From contig NW_003314342.1 in NCBI RefSeq assembly GCF_000143415.4, positions 99,299-163,298 of the forward strand: 64,000 nt of DNA. The letters run 5' to 3'. The notes beneath the pieces were generated by a model. That model ran no database searches. It was not told the DNA's origin and saw nothing but the letters and a program-made list of their open reading frames with translations. Shown piece after piece: positions 36,030 through 48,051 of this stretch. Position 1 is the first letter of the stretch, and every line of letters begins with the position of its first letter. The DNA is from Selaginella moellendorffii (taxonomy: Eukaryota; Plantae; Lycopodiophyta). The position numbers and the translations under genes are program-made.

Positions 36030-38253
36030 CCCCTTGAAATTAGAGGTTTCAATTGTGCCAGCTCCAACCCCTCTAGCAACAGTGTCAAACCACTCTAGCT
36101 GATAGTGTTGTAGCAACCTTTGTGATTCCTCCCATGTCCATGCCCCATGGCCAGCATTATCACAAACATGGAAAGCATGAGATGTCTAGATTACAAAAGG
36201 CTTTGATTTGATCATAGTTGTTGGTTGTCTGGTTTTCTTAGTATTTGCCTTTGTAAAGGTGCATAATCCCGATTTGTGGAGGTCCTGGCATGTTTGGTTC
36301 AGGCTGCAATCTTTCAGCTCTCCAAGCTTACTAGAACCACCTATTGTTCTTTGGAATGGGGTTGTTTTTGCAACAATTTACATTTGAGTTGACACTAAAC
36401 TTTAAAGAGTTTTTTTGAGAATGTATGTATTTTTAGCTTTGCATATGAAAATAACCATTGTTCATTCGGTGCCCAGTTCTATCGAGTGTGTTCATGATGA
36501 TTTAGAAGGATTTAGAAGGACCTTAAAGAACTGGTTACGAGTGACATTTTCCATGGCTAGTTCCCTAGCATAAGCATCCATATGAAAATTTTGAAGATGA
36601 GCACTTTGCATTATTCTTCAATGTTTATGATGTTGAGGGCTTCTTTGTGGTTAGGTAATGTGGCAGATCACCAATTCAATTTAGCTCTGCCTCTCAAGAC
36701 ACATGAGAGCCATTCCAAACATATGTCCTAATGAGTTAGTTCATTTTGTGGATCATTCATTGGTCCATATTCCAGCACGATGCCAAGAACTAGATTGCAC
36801 CAAGTAGAATGTTGTTTGTGATTATGCAGCGCGTTGAGAAGGATAGTTTCCTGCTTTCAAACATGTTCTTCTAATTTCCTGATTTCAACCTGTCTTCCAC
36901 CTCACTAGACAATCATGCTTGGAGACACTCTAATTGCTTGAGACCCCTTTCCATCGATGGTGGAAGCTAAAGGATAATATCATTTGCACTCTCCTTAATA
37001 TGATCTTTGGACAAATCTTTAAGGCAAGACATGCCAGAAGACTACACCCTTGAATATAAGGAACTCCCAAATCTCTGTCACGCCAAGCCAATCCATATTA
37101 TCCAAATGGAGAAGAAGATGGCAAATGTAGACCCTTATGTACCACAGAATTGATATGCCCACTTCTATTGGTTTTAACAATAAATACTAGACAAACTGGA
37201 AAGGGACCTAGTGGAGTGGCAATGGAGGGGCACCACATGCAAAGATTTCTTTCAATATGAGACCAAGCTTGGCAAAAAATTGATCTATTTCCTAGTCTAG
37301 TCTATGTTCATTATAAAAGCAAGAGCTCAACATATCCACTCCTAGAACTATTCAGAATGTGTGACGAAAATCTAAAAAAGTTGTTGGTCTGCCAAAACCC
37401 AATACTTCACGTATCTTGCCTAGTAAGAGCACCTCCCCTCACTGACAGCAATCCACCTCCTAGACATAGCTTGCAAAGTCTATGGAGCAACTAAGACACA
37501 ATGCCATAAATTTTGGGAATGTTTTGCTGCATATAAGGTGTGGGAAGGCTCCATAACAATTCTCAAACAAACCTCTCAAGGTGGCATGGTTATGACTTAC
37601 AAATCAGTGCTTTGGGAAGCTTCCTCTAAGGAAAAATTAAATGCAAAACACATGGAAGTGGAGACACAACAAAAACCTACACTTTGATCAACTTAACCAT
37701 TCATGTATACATATTACACATCTCCACCACAAGCTCTTTGATGTTTTCAAGGCATGTACTTTTGCAGAGATTTAGAAAGTTTGTTGTGCCAAGCTGTTCA
37801 ATAACAAAAACCTCTTGGCATGAGCAATGATCTCAAAGGTTTGGTCCCCTTGATTGTCTCTTTAGCAGCCCAACTATGTACAATTACCAAAAGAGGAGAC
37901 AAGGAAAAATTGATAGAGAATGCACTCTATGGCTATTTTTTAGAGACAAAGGCTAGAGGAGATCCACTATGGCTATGGTAGCACATGTCTAAGAATGACG
38001 GTATGTGTGCCCCCCCTTCCCCCAACACACACACACACACCCCAACAAGTTTATCAAGTTCCTCATAGAGGACTTAATGCACATGGAATACATCAATTCC
38101 AATTCAACTTTGTCCCTCTTGCCCCATCCCTCCCCGCGATTTTGAACATGTTGAAACCAAACTCTATGATTTTATAAAGGCTAAATAATAAAAACCCCGT
38201 TGACAAAAATGGCAAGCACCAAAAACATCACCAAAAAAGCCTTGTTTCTTATG
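36030..38253 (-). pseudogene. Type A peptide gene split by a LINE insertion (3' half ~36030-36177, 5' half 38203-38253)
   Basis: The two halves join into one gene; promoter/TATA retained at ~38334-38340. Confidence 0.75.
36178..38202 (+). mobile_element. 5'-truncated, 5'-inverted L1-like LINE with ~16-bp TSD
   Basis: TSD ACAAACATGGAAAGCA (36162-36177) / ACAAAAATGGCAAGCA (38203-38218); plus-strand zf-RVT-like CKVYG...HKFWECFAAYKVW (~37470-37545); minus-strand RT C-terminal motifs (KLSFSTR...IRTYVWNG...RAKLNW) in ~36180-36950. Confidence 0.8.
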
Positions 38254-38861
38254 ATTTGCTACTCAGACTAAGATCAAGTAGGCTTGTATACTAGAGAGAA
38301 ATGATTTGATCTGTGAGGCAGGAGGGGGTCACATTTATAGCTCAAGGCATTACAAAATGTTAGATGGAGTCTAGAGAGTTGTCTTGGGACGGATTCACTT
38401 ATTTCTTATCTCTGGAAGAATATTTGAAAGTTAGTTGAGTAAAAATGGTTCTGTGTTTGCCAATTCTTTTTGTTTTTCTTTCTATAATGCTTCTCCAACC
38501 CTTCAAATGGTTATCTCAAAAGTCACTCTAGCAATGCCAAAACTTTACAAGAGTTTGACTCAAAGTTCCACAAAACTTGGATGATATTATACTAGACACA
38601 AACCTGACATAGAGTTCTTGTCTTCCATTTTGACCACAGACTCAGTACGGCCACTTCAAGTCACCCGCAAGCAAGCAAAGTAGTCTCTTCTCACTGGCAG
38701 GTTCTTGACAATCTCTTGGGCATTCCAGACCTGCCCAGCACGCCCAAATAGATCGATCATGCAGCAGTAATGATCAGCAACGGGAGCACATGACCAGAAA
38801 GTGGTCTATGCTTCAGCCATCCGCTGCATTATGTTATTCTATTCACTAAATCTTGTTAAAG

Positions 38862-40640
38862 TTATAAAGGTTGACGCAGCTGCTTTTGCAGATTTGACAT
38901 GAGCACGTAGAGCGCCGAGTCCCCTGGTTTCATCTCCGAGAGTTTCTCTGCGGCACGAGTTGCAACATCGATGTTCTTACCGCTACCATGAACTTTGCAA
39001 GCGCTGATCAAGCTCTTCCACGCGAGGAAATGCGGCTGGAAGGGCATCACCAGCAGCAGACCTTCAGCCTCGGCAACCAGCCCGGCTCGTCCCAGCACAT
39101 CTGCCATCGCCTGGAAGTGAATCACATTTGGAGAAATGCTGTACTCGGCCACCATAGATCGAAAGTAGTCGAGTGCCACACGGAGCTTCCCACCGTGATT
39201 GCAAGTCAGGAGAATCGCTTGGAAACTTATCTCGTTTCTTGCCTCGCCCTCCATCGCCATGCTGCCAAAAAACTCAGCAGCTTTTCGCTCATGGCCATTC
39301 TGTGCGCAGCCATGGATCATCGCGTTCCACGACACAATGCTCCGATCAGGCAATGTGGAGAAGATCTTCCCGGCCTGCAAGAGATTCCCCCTTTGAGCGC
39401 TCGCGGCAAGGATCGCGTTCCAGCTCGCGGTGTCTCTCACCGGCATGGCTGTGAAGAGCTCCCGCGCTTGGACGAGGCAATTGCTCTGGATGTAAGCTCC
39501 CAGCATCGTGTTCCACGCGACGCTATCGTGCTGTGGCATTTTGTCGAACAAGTCTCTGGCATCGATCAAGCTCCCGTGCAAAGCAATTGCCGCCACCATT
39601 GCCGTCCAAGCGACGAGATCGCGCTGTGGCATCCGTGCAAACATCTTCATGGCTTCTTCGAGGTGGCCGTGGTTGGAGTAGGCCAAAATCATGGCAGTCC
39701 ACACCACGTCGTCGTGAGAAGGAGCTCGATCAAAGAGAATGCGAGCTTCTTCGAGCTGGTTTCTCTCGGCCAGCGCTGTGATCATTGTCGACCACGATGC
39801 AACGTTCCTCTGCGGCATGGCATCAAACAGAGACCTTGCTTCTTGCAAGCTGGACGTTGCCGCTAGCATTGCGTTCCACGAGATTATGTCGCGGTGTGGC
39901 ATTTTACTGAAAAGCTCCTTGGCTTTTTCCATATGCCCAATCTGGGCATATGCAGTGACAAGAACAGTCCATCCCAGCTCGTTGGTTTCGGGGATTCTCA
40001 TAAACCAATTTAGTGCATCGTTAACAAGACCTTTTCTTGCATATCCAGTAACCATAACAGTCCAAGAAACTATGTTGTGTTCTAGCATTCCATCAAAAAC
40101 CTGGCTTGCCTGATCCATATGCCCGTTATGGGCATATGCTGTAAGTAGCGAGTTCCAGCAAACTACATCCCATTCAGGAACCTGATCAAACAATGCTTGG
40201 CATTCCTCTAAGTTTCCATGGTTTGCATGAGCCGTGATAACAGTGACCCATGCAACAATATCCCTTTGTGGCATCTGGTCAAACAGCTCTTTTGCTTCCT
40301 CAAGATACCCATTCTGGGCATAAGCGCCAAGCATCAAGTTCCAGGAGAATCTGTTGGGCTCGTGGATGCTGATAAACACCTGCCATGCTCGATCCGCGCG
40401 CTCGCACCTTCCATAGAGCTGGATGAGAAGATTTGCGAGGTACCTGTTGGATTGGTGGTGGCTGCTGCCAAGGATGAGCGCGTGGAGCCTGGCGCCTTGA
40501 CGCAAATCTCTTTCCTGGATGCAAGCTGTGAGGAGTTGCGCGTAGTCGTCGTCGAGCGACGATGCGCGCCGCTCTAGATCGTCCACGGCCTGTTCTAGAG
40601 GCTTCAATCGGTACGTCTGCGTGGTTGTGATTCCTCTCAT
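38862..40640 (-). CDS. PLS-class PPR protein with E domain (PPR-B), the only intact copy
   Basis: 592-aa ORF of tandem ~31-aa PPR motifs; HFQAMADVLGRAGLV...WKSLISACKVHG...LYVLMSN; no DYW. Confidence 0.92.
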   Translation of the reverse strand: MRGITTTQTYRLKPLEQAVDDLERRASSLDDDYAQLLTACIQERDLRQGARLHALILGSSHHQSNRYLANLLIQLYGRCERADRAWQVFISIHEPNRFSWNLMLGAYAQNGYLEEAKELFDQMPQRDIVAWVTVITAHANHGNLEECQALFDQVPEWDVVCWNSLLTAYAHNGHMDQASQVFDGMLEHNIVSWTVMVTGYARKGLVNDALNWFMRIPETNELGWTVLVTAYAQIGHMEKAKELFSKMPHRDIISWNAMLAATSSLQEARSLFDAMPQRNVASWSTMITALAERNQLEEARILFDRAPSHDDVVWTAMILAYSNHGHLEEAMKMFARMPQRDLVAWTAMVAAIALHGSLIDARDLFDKMPQHDSVAWNTMLGAYIQSNCLVQARELFTAMPVRDTASWNAILAASAQRGNLLQAGKIFSTLPDRSIVSWNAMIHGCAQNGHERKAAEFFGSMAMEGEARNEISFQAILLTCNHGGKLRVALDYFRSMVAEYSISPNVIHFQAMADVLGRAGLVAEAEGLLLVMPFQPHFLAWKSLISACKVHGSGKNIDVATRAAEKLSEMKPGDSALYVLMSNLQKQLRQPL

Positions 40641-40874
40641 CGATCATTTCCTTTGCTTTTACCGGCGTTTTCCTGAAATACAGTAAACTCTCTCGACTGA
40701 CAAGATAGAGCTTTGATTTGTCAATGGCGAATAAGCGTACATGGGGCAATTGGATTTGTGCAGTACAAAGGAAACGGTGGTCATAGTGTGTTCCCTCAAC
40801 TTGTTCTTCATAGTTGAATTATACATTTAAAATTGCCCAGAGGAAACTTACGATCACAGAGAGGAGCTAGCTTT

Positions 40875-41010
40875 CCAGTTACGGTGGCAGCTGCCGCCAT
40901 ACTAGCGTCATCCTCGAGGTGCGATTCCTCCCACGTCCACTCTCATGGGCAGCATCAGCACAAACATGGCAAGCACCGAAAACAACACCAAGCAAGCCTT
41001 GGTTCTCCAT
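40875..41010 (-). pseudogene. Peptide-family type C pseudogene
   Basis: Signal-like region frameshifted; VDVGGIAPRG..*YGGSCHR. Confidence 0.65.
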
Positions 41011-41699
41011 GATTTGCTGCGAAAACTAAGAGTTCAACGAGTATATTCGAGAGAAGTGATTTGATCTGTGAGGCCGCTCGTATTTGTAGCTGGAGGCAGC
41101 ATACAATGCTGTGGCGTCTCTTGGGGCGGCATCACTTTGTCCTTTGAAAGTTAGTCGAGGAATCGTTCCATGTTTGTCAATTCCTTTTCTTTTCTATAAT
41201 GCTGGGACATAGAACATGAATCCAGACGAGTAAAGGCACAGTTTATATAATATATATTATTGAAACTCATGCATCACCACGCGCCATTGCTATAGACTTC
41301 ACTGCCACTGAAAAGGACAAATATCCAAATAAATAGTTGGATCTTGACGATCTTTAGAAGGTTTCATTTCATTTTCGATCGAGAGAGAGGACATGGTTGG
41401 TGTATGTAATTGCTAGACTTTGTCTTGGGAAAGAGACCAGATTTGTAATAGTCTCTACTACTGTGTCATATTTCCATCTTGTTGCTTTTCCAAGTTCCAC
41501 GTCGAGACTAAGATGGCACACTTTGACAGAAATATATTTTATTTTATTTAATATTATATAATATAAAATTTAGTGCAAAAGCTAGGATTTCTTTATATAT
41601 ATATATATATTCATGTTCTGTTCAAGTTTAAAAGTCCATACATTGTGAAAGTTACACTGCAGCAACAACTTTCCAGAAAACACACCATATTTATCACTG

Positions 41700-42805
41700 A
41701 CAGTCTCAGGGGATAGAGATCACAGTAGGACTCCAAAACATTTTCGATCACTCTTATTCTATATATCTCATCCACTCGAGGCTGAGGCTCGCAAACTTTG
41801 GCAATTTTTCAGCGGATGGAGCGGCTGCCATTCCAAGGAGAGATTCAGACGTTTGATATCAAGGCCTGGACAATTTATATATTATTGCTGGAACTCATGC
41901 TGCCAGCATCTCACGATACAGAAAACACGTTATCAGTGTCATTATTTCTTGTTCCCAGACCCTCGGCACTGAAGAATGATGGAATCAAAGGCAATTATGA
42001 TTCTGATTCTTAATTTGGGCTTACCCCGTGAAACGAGTTGCGCCAGCTCCAACCCCTCTGGCAACGGTGGCAACTATTGTCATACCAATACCACCCCGAC
42101 TGGCTCCCACGTCCACGCCCATGGCCAGCCTCATCACAAACATGGCGAGCACCAAAAACAACATGAAGAAAGCCTTGTTCTCCATGATTTGCTGCTCAGA
42201 CTAAGAAAAGTAATCTTGTTATATTAGTTTGATATGTAATATCTCTCCAACCATTCAAATGAAGATCATTAAATCGCCATTCCTCTTCTAGCGTTGCTAA
42301 AACTTTAGGAGTTCATACCACAAGCTAGCAGATAGAGAAAGCCAGGGAGTTTGAAAGCAGCACATGTTCTTGTAAGACCCTCAGCCCGTGTTAAGGGCTG
42401 GAGTGGTTTGGTATTTCCATGGAAAATTACATACTCTCTCACTTATGTTGTCTCTTTGTCTCCACGCTCTCTCGGTCATCATCTAGTTCTGGTTGCCCGC
42501 TTGAATCTTGGTGAATAGCAAGTAGATAGGATGGGAGAAAGTTTATACTCCTCTTCCTGGCTGGCTCCAGCACCACCACCAGCAGTGGCAGCAGCAGGAG
42601 GAGTATGTCTATCATGCCTCTTCTTCGTGGCAATCCATCCCAATTTTGCCCCCAAGTACTGTTGCCCAATGCCAACAGCAGTGGCAGCAGCAACACTACG
42701 GCGCCCTTCTCCCGCTGAAGCGTCTATGCCCTGCGATGGCTGAGGCCAAAGCATTTGATGTCCTGGATTGAATGTGGCATGGTGATTTTGACGATGCTAG
42801 GCCAT
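41700..42805. repeat. Innermost inverted-repeat arm (partner ~46998-48600; direct copy of the partner at ~22268-23800)
   Basis: GTGGCATGGTGATTTTGACGATGCTAGGCC (~42775-42803) mirrored by GGCCTAGCATCGTCAAAATCACCATGCCAC (~46998-47028). Confidence 0.75.
42030..42185 (-). pseudogene. Type A peptide gene with internal deletions
   Basis: Spacer and first Cys deleted, 3' end deleted. Confidence 0.75.
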
Positions 42806-43499
42806 CCGGGCAGGAAATGCCACTATCAGCGTATCAAATGCCATTAAATGGAACGGTTATCCCCACCTCCAGGTCCTGCACCTCTGTGGCGACATTCGGG
42901 CATATTGATAGACGAGGATTTTGTTCACATAAAAAATGCCCAGGGTGGCAGTTGTTAATAGTGCTTTAACTCCTCCCTAGAGAATGCTCAAGTCTTCAGG
43001 AAGCAAACAGAAGAGGAGAAAAGCGGACGTGCTGACCTGTATTGGCGTTTAGCCAGTGAACATTTATTTAGAGCATTTAAATGGCTTTCTTGACACTTTG
43101 CATATTCCACCGCCAACTGTCAGAGATGGCCAGATTTCCAAGCAGATGCCTTGAGACAAATGTTAAAGCCTTTTTTCTTTCCTTGGGTGTTGGGAGTTTG
43201 CTACCAAGATAGTTAGAAGACATCTCAAGATTTCTGCCTTTCTATCTACCAGCAGTAGAGACTGCGAGTTTTCACAAAGCGACATGACTTAGCAGGCTTT
43301 TATCTGTTTGCTAGAGAATCTTGGTTTGGAGGTATTAGCCATCATCCTTCTTGCAAAATTATATGCCCACTCTGGCCGTTTCCCTTTGTAAAAAGGTATT
43401 TCAGGGACTTGAAATGACTAGTCAATTCTTCTTCATATTTATTACAGCTTGAAAATCCTGAATTGTTCTTATTCATTAACATTTCATTTCGCCCCGATA

Positions 43500-43678
43500 A
43501 CACACTGTGAGTTGTATGCAAAAGATCTCCAAAACCACCACAAAGAGCTCTCTGGTGCCGCCATATCAGTGCCACCATCAAGGGCATCATCGTACTAATA
43601 CCAGGCAATTTCTCCCACATCCACTCCCATGGCCAAAAACCATGGCAAGCGCCAGAAACAACACCATGTTCTTCATGA
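43500..43678 (-). pseudogene. Peptide-family type B relic
   Basis: Homologous to 26945-27163. Confidence 0.55.
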
Positions 43679-44101
43679 TTTGATGCAATAACTAAAAGAA
43701 ACAAGCTCTATTATATTAGAGGGAAGTGATGTTCATCATATTGAGTGGCACCTCTTGTAAAGGCATCTATTTGAAAGTTAGCAGTTCCATGTTTGTCAAT
43801 TCCTTCTCTTTTCTATAATGTTGGGCTATGGAACAAAGGTTGCAACACGAAGAAGCAAGTAAAAGTGCCACACAAGAAAAGCTCTCTGGAGTCAAAATCC
43901 AGTAAACTCTTGAAATGAAACTGCGAATCCAGATGAAAAATAGGGCTTAGACGGTTTATATATTATTGCTAGATCTCATGCAATGCCATACAGAAAACAC
44001 GCTATCAGTCTTTTATTCTTGTTTCCACACCCATAATGATGAGTTTAGAAGAATTATGATGCTGATTCTTAAGTTGGGCTTACCCCTCAAAATGGGAGGA
44101 T

Positions 44102-44281
44102 TCAGTTGCGCCAGACCCAACCCCTCTGGCAATGGTGGCAACTGTTGTCATACCAATACCTCCTCGGCTGGCAGTGTTGGGCAGCAGCCTTTGCGATTCC
44201 TCCCACGTCCATGCCCATGGCCAGCATCATCACAAACATGGCAAGCGCCAAAAACATCACCAAGAAAACTTTGTTCTCCAT
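44102..44281 (-). CDS. Shortened, divergent type A peptide (59 aa), possibly a pseudogene
   Basis: MENKVFLVMFLALAMFVMMLAMGMDVGGIAKAAAQHCQPRRYWYDNSCHHCQRGWVWRN*; last Cys lost by an 18-bp deletion. Confidence 0.6.
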   Translation of the reverse strand: MENKVFLVMFLALAMFVMMLAMGMDVGGIAKAAAQHCQPRRYWYDNSCHHCQRGWVWRN

Positions 44282-44452
44282 GATTTGCTGTTCAGACTAA
44301 GATCAAGTAGGCTTGTATATTAAAGAGAAATGGTTTGATCTGTGAGGCAGGAGGGGCTCGTATTTATAGCTCGAGGCAGCACAAAATGTTAGATAGTCTG
44401 GAGAGTTGTCTTGGGCTTATTTCTGATCTCTGGAAGAATAAAAAATGGTTCC

Positions 44453-44739
44453 ATGCTTTATTTCATTAAAGTGGAACTTTTCATTATCCCACTTATGGTG
44501 TATGGCCACATGCCATTTTTATAACAACAATAAAAAATTGAAGTTTTAGCTTTATAATTTATAAATTAAAAACTTTTCATATGATTTTGTGTTATAATAT
44601 TGTGAAATATAAAAAATAAATTAAAAAACTGATAGAAATATTAATAAATATTAATTAAGTACTAGGAAATGGCATGTGGACACATGCTAATTAATGTCCC
44701 ACTTTACTGAATAAGTTCCACTTTAACGAAATAAAGCAT
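44453..44739. mobile_element. 287-bp MITE with ~27-bp TIRs and 4-bp TSD (TTCC)
   Basis: ATGCTTTATTTCATTAAAGTGGAACTT ... AAGTTCCACTTTAACGAAATAAAGCAT (1 mismatch); TTCC at 44449-44452 and 44740-44743; empty site GGTTCCGTG in paralogous promoters (e.g. ~28041). Confidence 0.9.
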
Positions 44740-45894
44740 TTCCGTGTCTGCCAATTCTTCTTTTTCTAACCCTTCAAATCCTTATCTCCAAAGTCACTCT
44801 CGCAGCTTTGCCAAAACTTTACAATCAAAGTTCCATAGAACTTCAATGCTAATATACTGGACATGAAACTCAGAGTTCTTGTCTTCCATTTCGACCACAG
44901 AATCACTGCGGCCACCTGCAACATTGTATGCTGCAAGCAAAGTGGTAAAAGCTACATCGTCTCTTCTCACTGGCAGGCTCCTGACAATCACTTGGGCATT
45001 CCAGAGCTGCCCAGCGTGCCCAAACAGATCGATCATGCAGCAGTAGTCCTAGTCGCCCGTCATGACCAGAAAATGGTCTATCCAGCAAAGTTGCAACAAT
45101 TGTAGTGGGGCAAAAATAATCTGAAGGAATATTTAACATGGTAGAGGGAGGACTAATGTGGCTGTGGTTGGAGTAGGCCAAGATCATGGCAATCCACACC
45201 CACATCATCGTGGTAGGGAGCTTGATCAAAGGGAATGCAAGCTTCTTCAAGCTGGTTTCAAATGGTTGTCGATGTGCTGTCATTGTGCAGGTGTGAGGTG
45301 GCAACAACAAACAACATCAATTTGCATTGGCATCATTGCCATCAGCTAGAGGGGAGGAAATAACATGAGGCATCTGTGATATGGACGTGTGAGTTGTGAC
45401 ATTCCAAGCAATCTTCTTGGGGCTGGTTATCACAACGAACTACAAGGTTGATGGGCTCCGAGTAAGTCTTTCACATCGTCACAGAGACCAGCCCGAAAAA
45501 CGTTCTTGTAGTGCAGAATAGTCCCAGGGAATGTCAATAGCAAACACTGTGTAAGTCGATCCCAGATCCTTCTTCACTCCCAATCTGTATCATTGAACAG
45601 AATGTGATACCAGGGTCACTCTTTTTAAACAAAGGGGGAAACCACGAGAGGGCGCTGCTGGAGAGAAGAGACCCACTTTTACAGTATTTGTGGAAATGGT
45701 AAAGCTGCATGAGAATTTGCAATTTCACTTGGTTAAAAAAAAAAACGAAGTAGAAGATTGGGGCTGACTATGAAGCTGTTAGATTTAACTATGTAACCGG
45801 AGATTGGCTTGTGCCAATGCCTTATGATCCTTTTGGAGCTGCTAAAGATTTTACTGTGGCACATCCATCTTCCGTCACGACCTCATTGGTATAT

Positions 45895-45917
45895 GAGAGA
45901 GAGAGAGAGAGAGAGAG
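45895..45917 (+). repeat. (GA)n microsatellite
   Basis: Direct sequence. Confidence 0.95.
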
Positions 45918-47853
45918 GGTGCAAGTGAACGAGCTCTATATATGAATGAATGATGGTGTTCATCACTCTAAAGGATCAATGCCAGGAGACCTTATACATA
46001 CATTTGAAGCTTCATGCATGCCACCTTAACAGCATGCCAAGTCGATGCAAAAAGAGTGGAGCCAGGATAACATGGTGTGTCATGTACTTAAATGAGTGTC
46101 AAGACATTGTAGTAACTTGTATCAAGCTCCCAAATCTCATATCTCATAACAAATGATAAAAGGCAAAGAGCTAGCACACCAATTGCTTGAGCTTGCCATA
46201 GTTGGGAGATTGGCTAGGCTCTCACAGAAGCTTGCCAAGATTCCTTTAAGTCAATATATCTCTGATGGCTTCCAAGCAGAGAAAAGCTCACTAAAGTTTG
46301 GATATGCAGATGCCACTCCATCAAAAACTCACTCAAGAGCAAGCACAATTCCCATAAGATGCCTAGAGTAGGTAACGGCTGAACAAAGGTATCAAGCACT
46401 TTGCCTCTCATCCTCCAAGCTTCTGTGGTCTTCAGGTGAAAAAGCATCTTGCAAGAGCTTGGATGGGCAAGCTGCCGTTGTGTTGTTATATTACACCGCA
46501 GCGACATTTCCCTTGAAGCTAATGCTCTTAAAAACTGTGGACATTTGGTCATCTCTTACATCGGGTGGTGGGATATGCATATGGCCTCTACCAAAGTGTC
46601 ACAAAAGGCATCAAGATGCTCCAGATATAAATGTGAAGCACCACTTTCTGGCAAATAGGCGCTGGTTTGATGCTTGCAGAAAATGCCTTGGTTGTAGACT
46701 ATTCCAATACAGGTCAGCATGTCCTCTGTTCTCCTCAGGAGCTTCTTGAAGACTCTAGAATTCTCTAGTGAAGACCTCAGGCACTATCAGCAACTGCTGC
46801 CTTGTGCATTTGCTATGAGAACCAAATTCCCGTCCAGCAATCACTCTCCCCATGCCCCAATGCCACGCAAAGCACTGTCTCATGAGGTTGGAGGAGCTTG
46901 GGTTAGGGCATAACCGTCAATCCACTTGGTGGCATTTGCCCTACTGAAATCTCTCCACTCGGTGATAGTGGCATTTTTGGCTGTAGGTGATGGCTCAGGC
47001 CTAGCATCGTCAAAATCACCATGCCACTGCTTTGGCCTCAGCCATACATTGCAGGGCTTTGGTTGCACCAGGAGAGGGGCGTAATAGTGTAGCTGCCACT
47101 GCTGCTGGAATTGGGCAAAGTAAAAATCACGATGGGCTGCCACGGAGAAAAGGCATGATAGCTACTGCCTGCCACTGTTGGTGCATGTGGTGCTGCTGAG
47201 GAAGAGGAATAGAAGCTCTCTATCTACTTGCTAATCACCCAGATTCAGTCATAGCCGTGCACTTCTAGTCTAGTCGAATTAGCTGAGGCTGGCAACCAGA
47301 ACCAACCACCCAGCATTTGCTGGGCAATTACTTGCTTATGTTTTGAGAACAGCATGGTTTCGTGAGAAATTATTCTTTGGAGCTTGAGCTGGATGACCTA
47401 GAGAGGAATACCATCAACCACTCCAGCTCCTACACGGGCCGAGGGGGCCGAGGGTCTTACAAGAACATGTGTTGCTTTCAAACACTAGGACTACTTCCAT
47501 CTTTCGAGCCAAACGGCTTTCTCTATCTGCAAGTAGTATGAACTTGTAAGGTTTTAGCAACGGTAGAAGAGGAATGGCGATTTTGTCGAGCTAGGGTGAC
47601 TGACTTGGGAGAAACAAATCATGTAAGGATCCTCATTTGGAGAGCGCCTGAGAAATTATGTGGATCCCAGCATTATAGAAAAGAGAAGAAATTTCAAAAC
47701 ACGGAACTTGACTATAAGGACTAAGCAATGCCGTCCTAAGACAACTCTCTAGACTCCATCAAGCATTGTGTGCTGCCTCGAGCTATAAATACGAGCCCCT
47801 CCTGCCTCACAAATCAAACCACTTCTCTCTTCTCTTAGTCTGAGCAGCAAATC

Positions 47854-48051
47854 ATGGAGAACAAGGCTTTGTTGGTGTTGTTTTTGGCGCTCGCCATGTT
47901 TGTGATGATGCTGGCCATGGGCGTGGACGTGGGAGGAATCGCAAAGGCTGCTGCCCAGCGCTGCCAGTCGGGGTGGTATTGGTATGACAACGGTTGCCAC
48001 CGTTGCCAGAGGGGTTGGAGCTGGCGCAACAATCGCTGCTGGCGCAACTGA
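47854..48051 (+). CDS. Type A secreted peptide precursor, intact copy 3
   Basis: 65 aa ending QRCQSGWYWYDNGCHRCQRGWSWRNNRCWRN; TATAAAT at 47784. Confidence 0.85.
   Translation: MENKALLVLFLALAMFVMMLAMGVDVGGIAKAAAQRCQSGWYWYDNGCHRCQRGWSWRNNRCWRN

Larger units (their letters stand above)
38220..41560. repeat. Left arm of an inner inverted duplication (partner ~48700-51650; partly also 52500-53420)
   Basis: PPR-B, PPR-A tail, type A promoter and type C relic all mirrored on the opposite strand. Confidence 0.8.
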
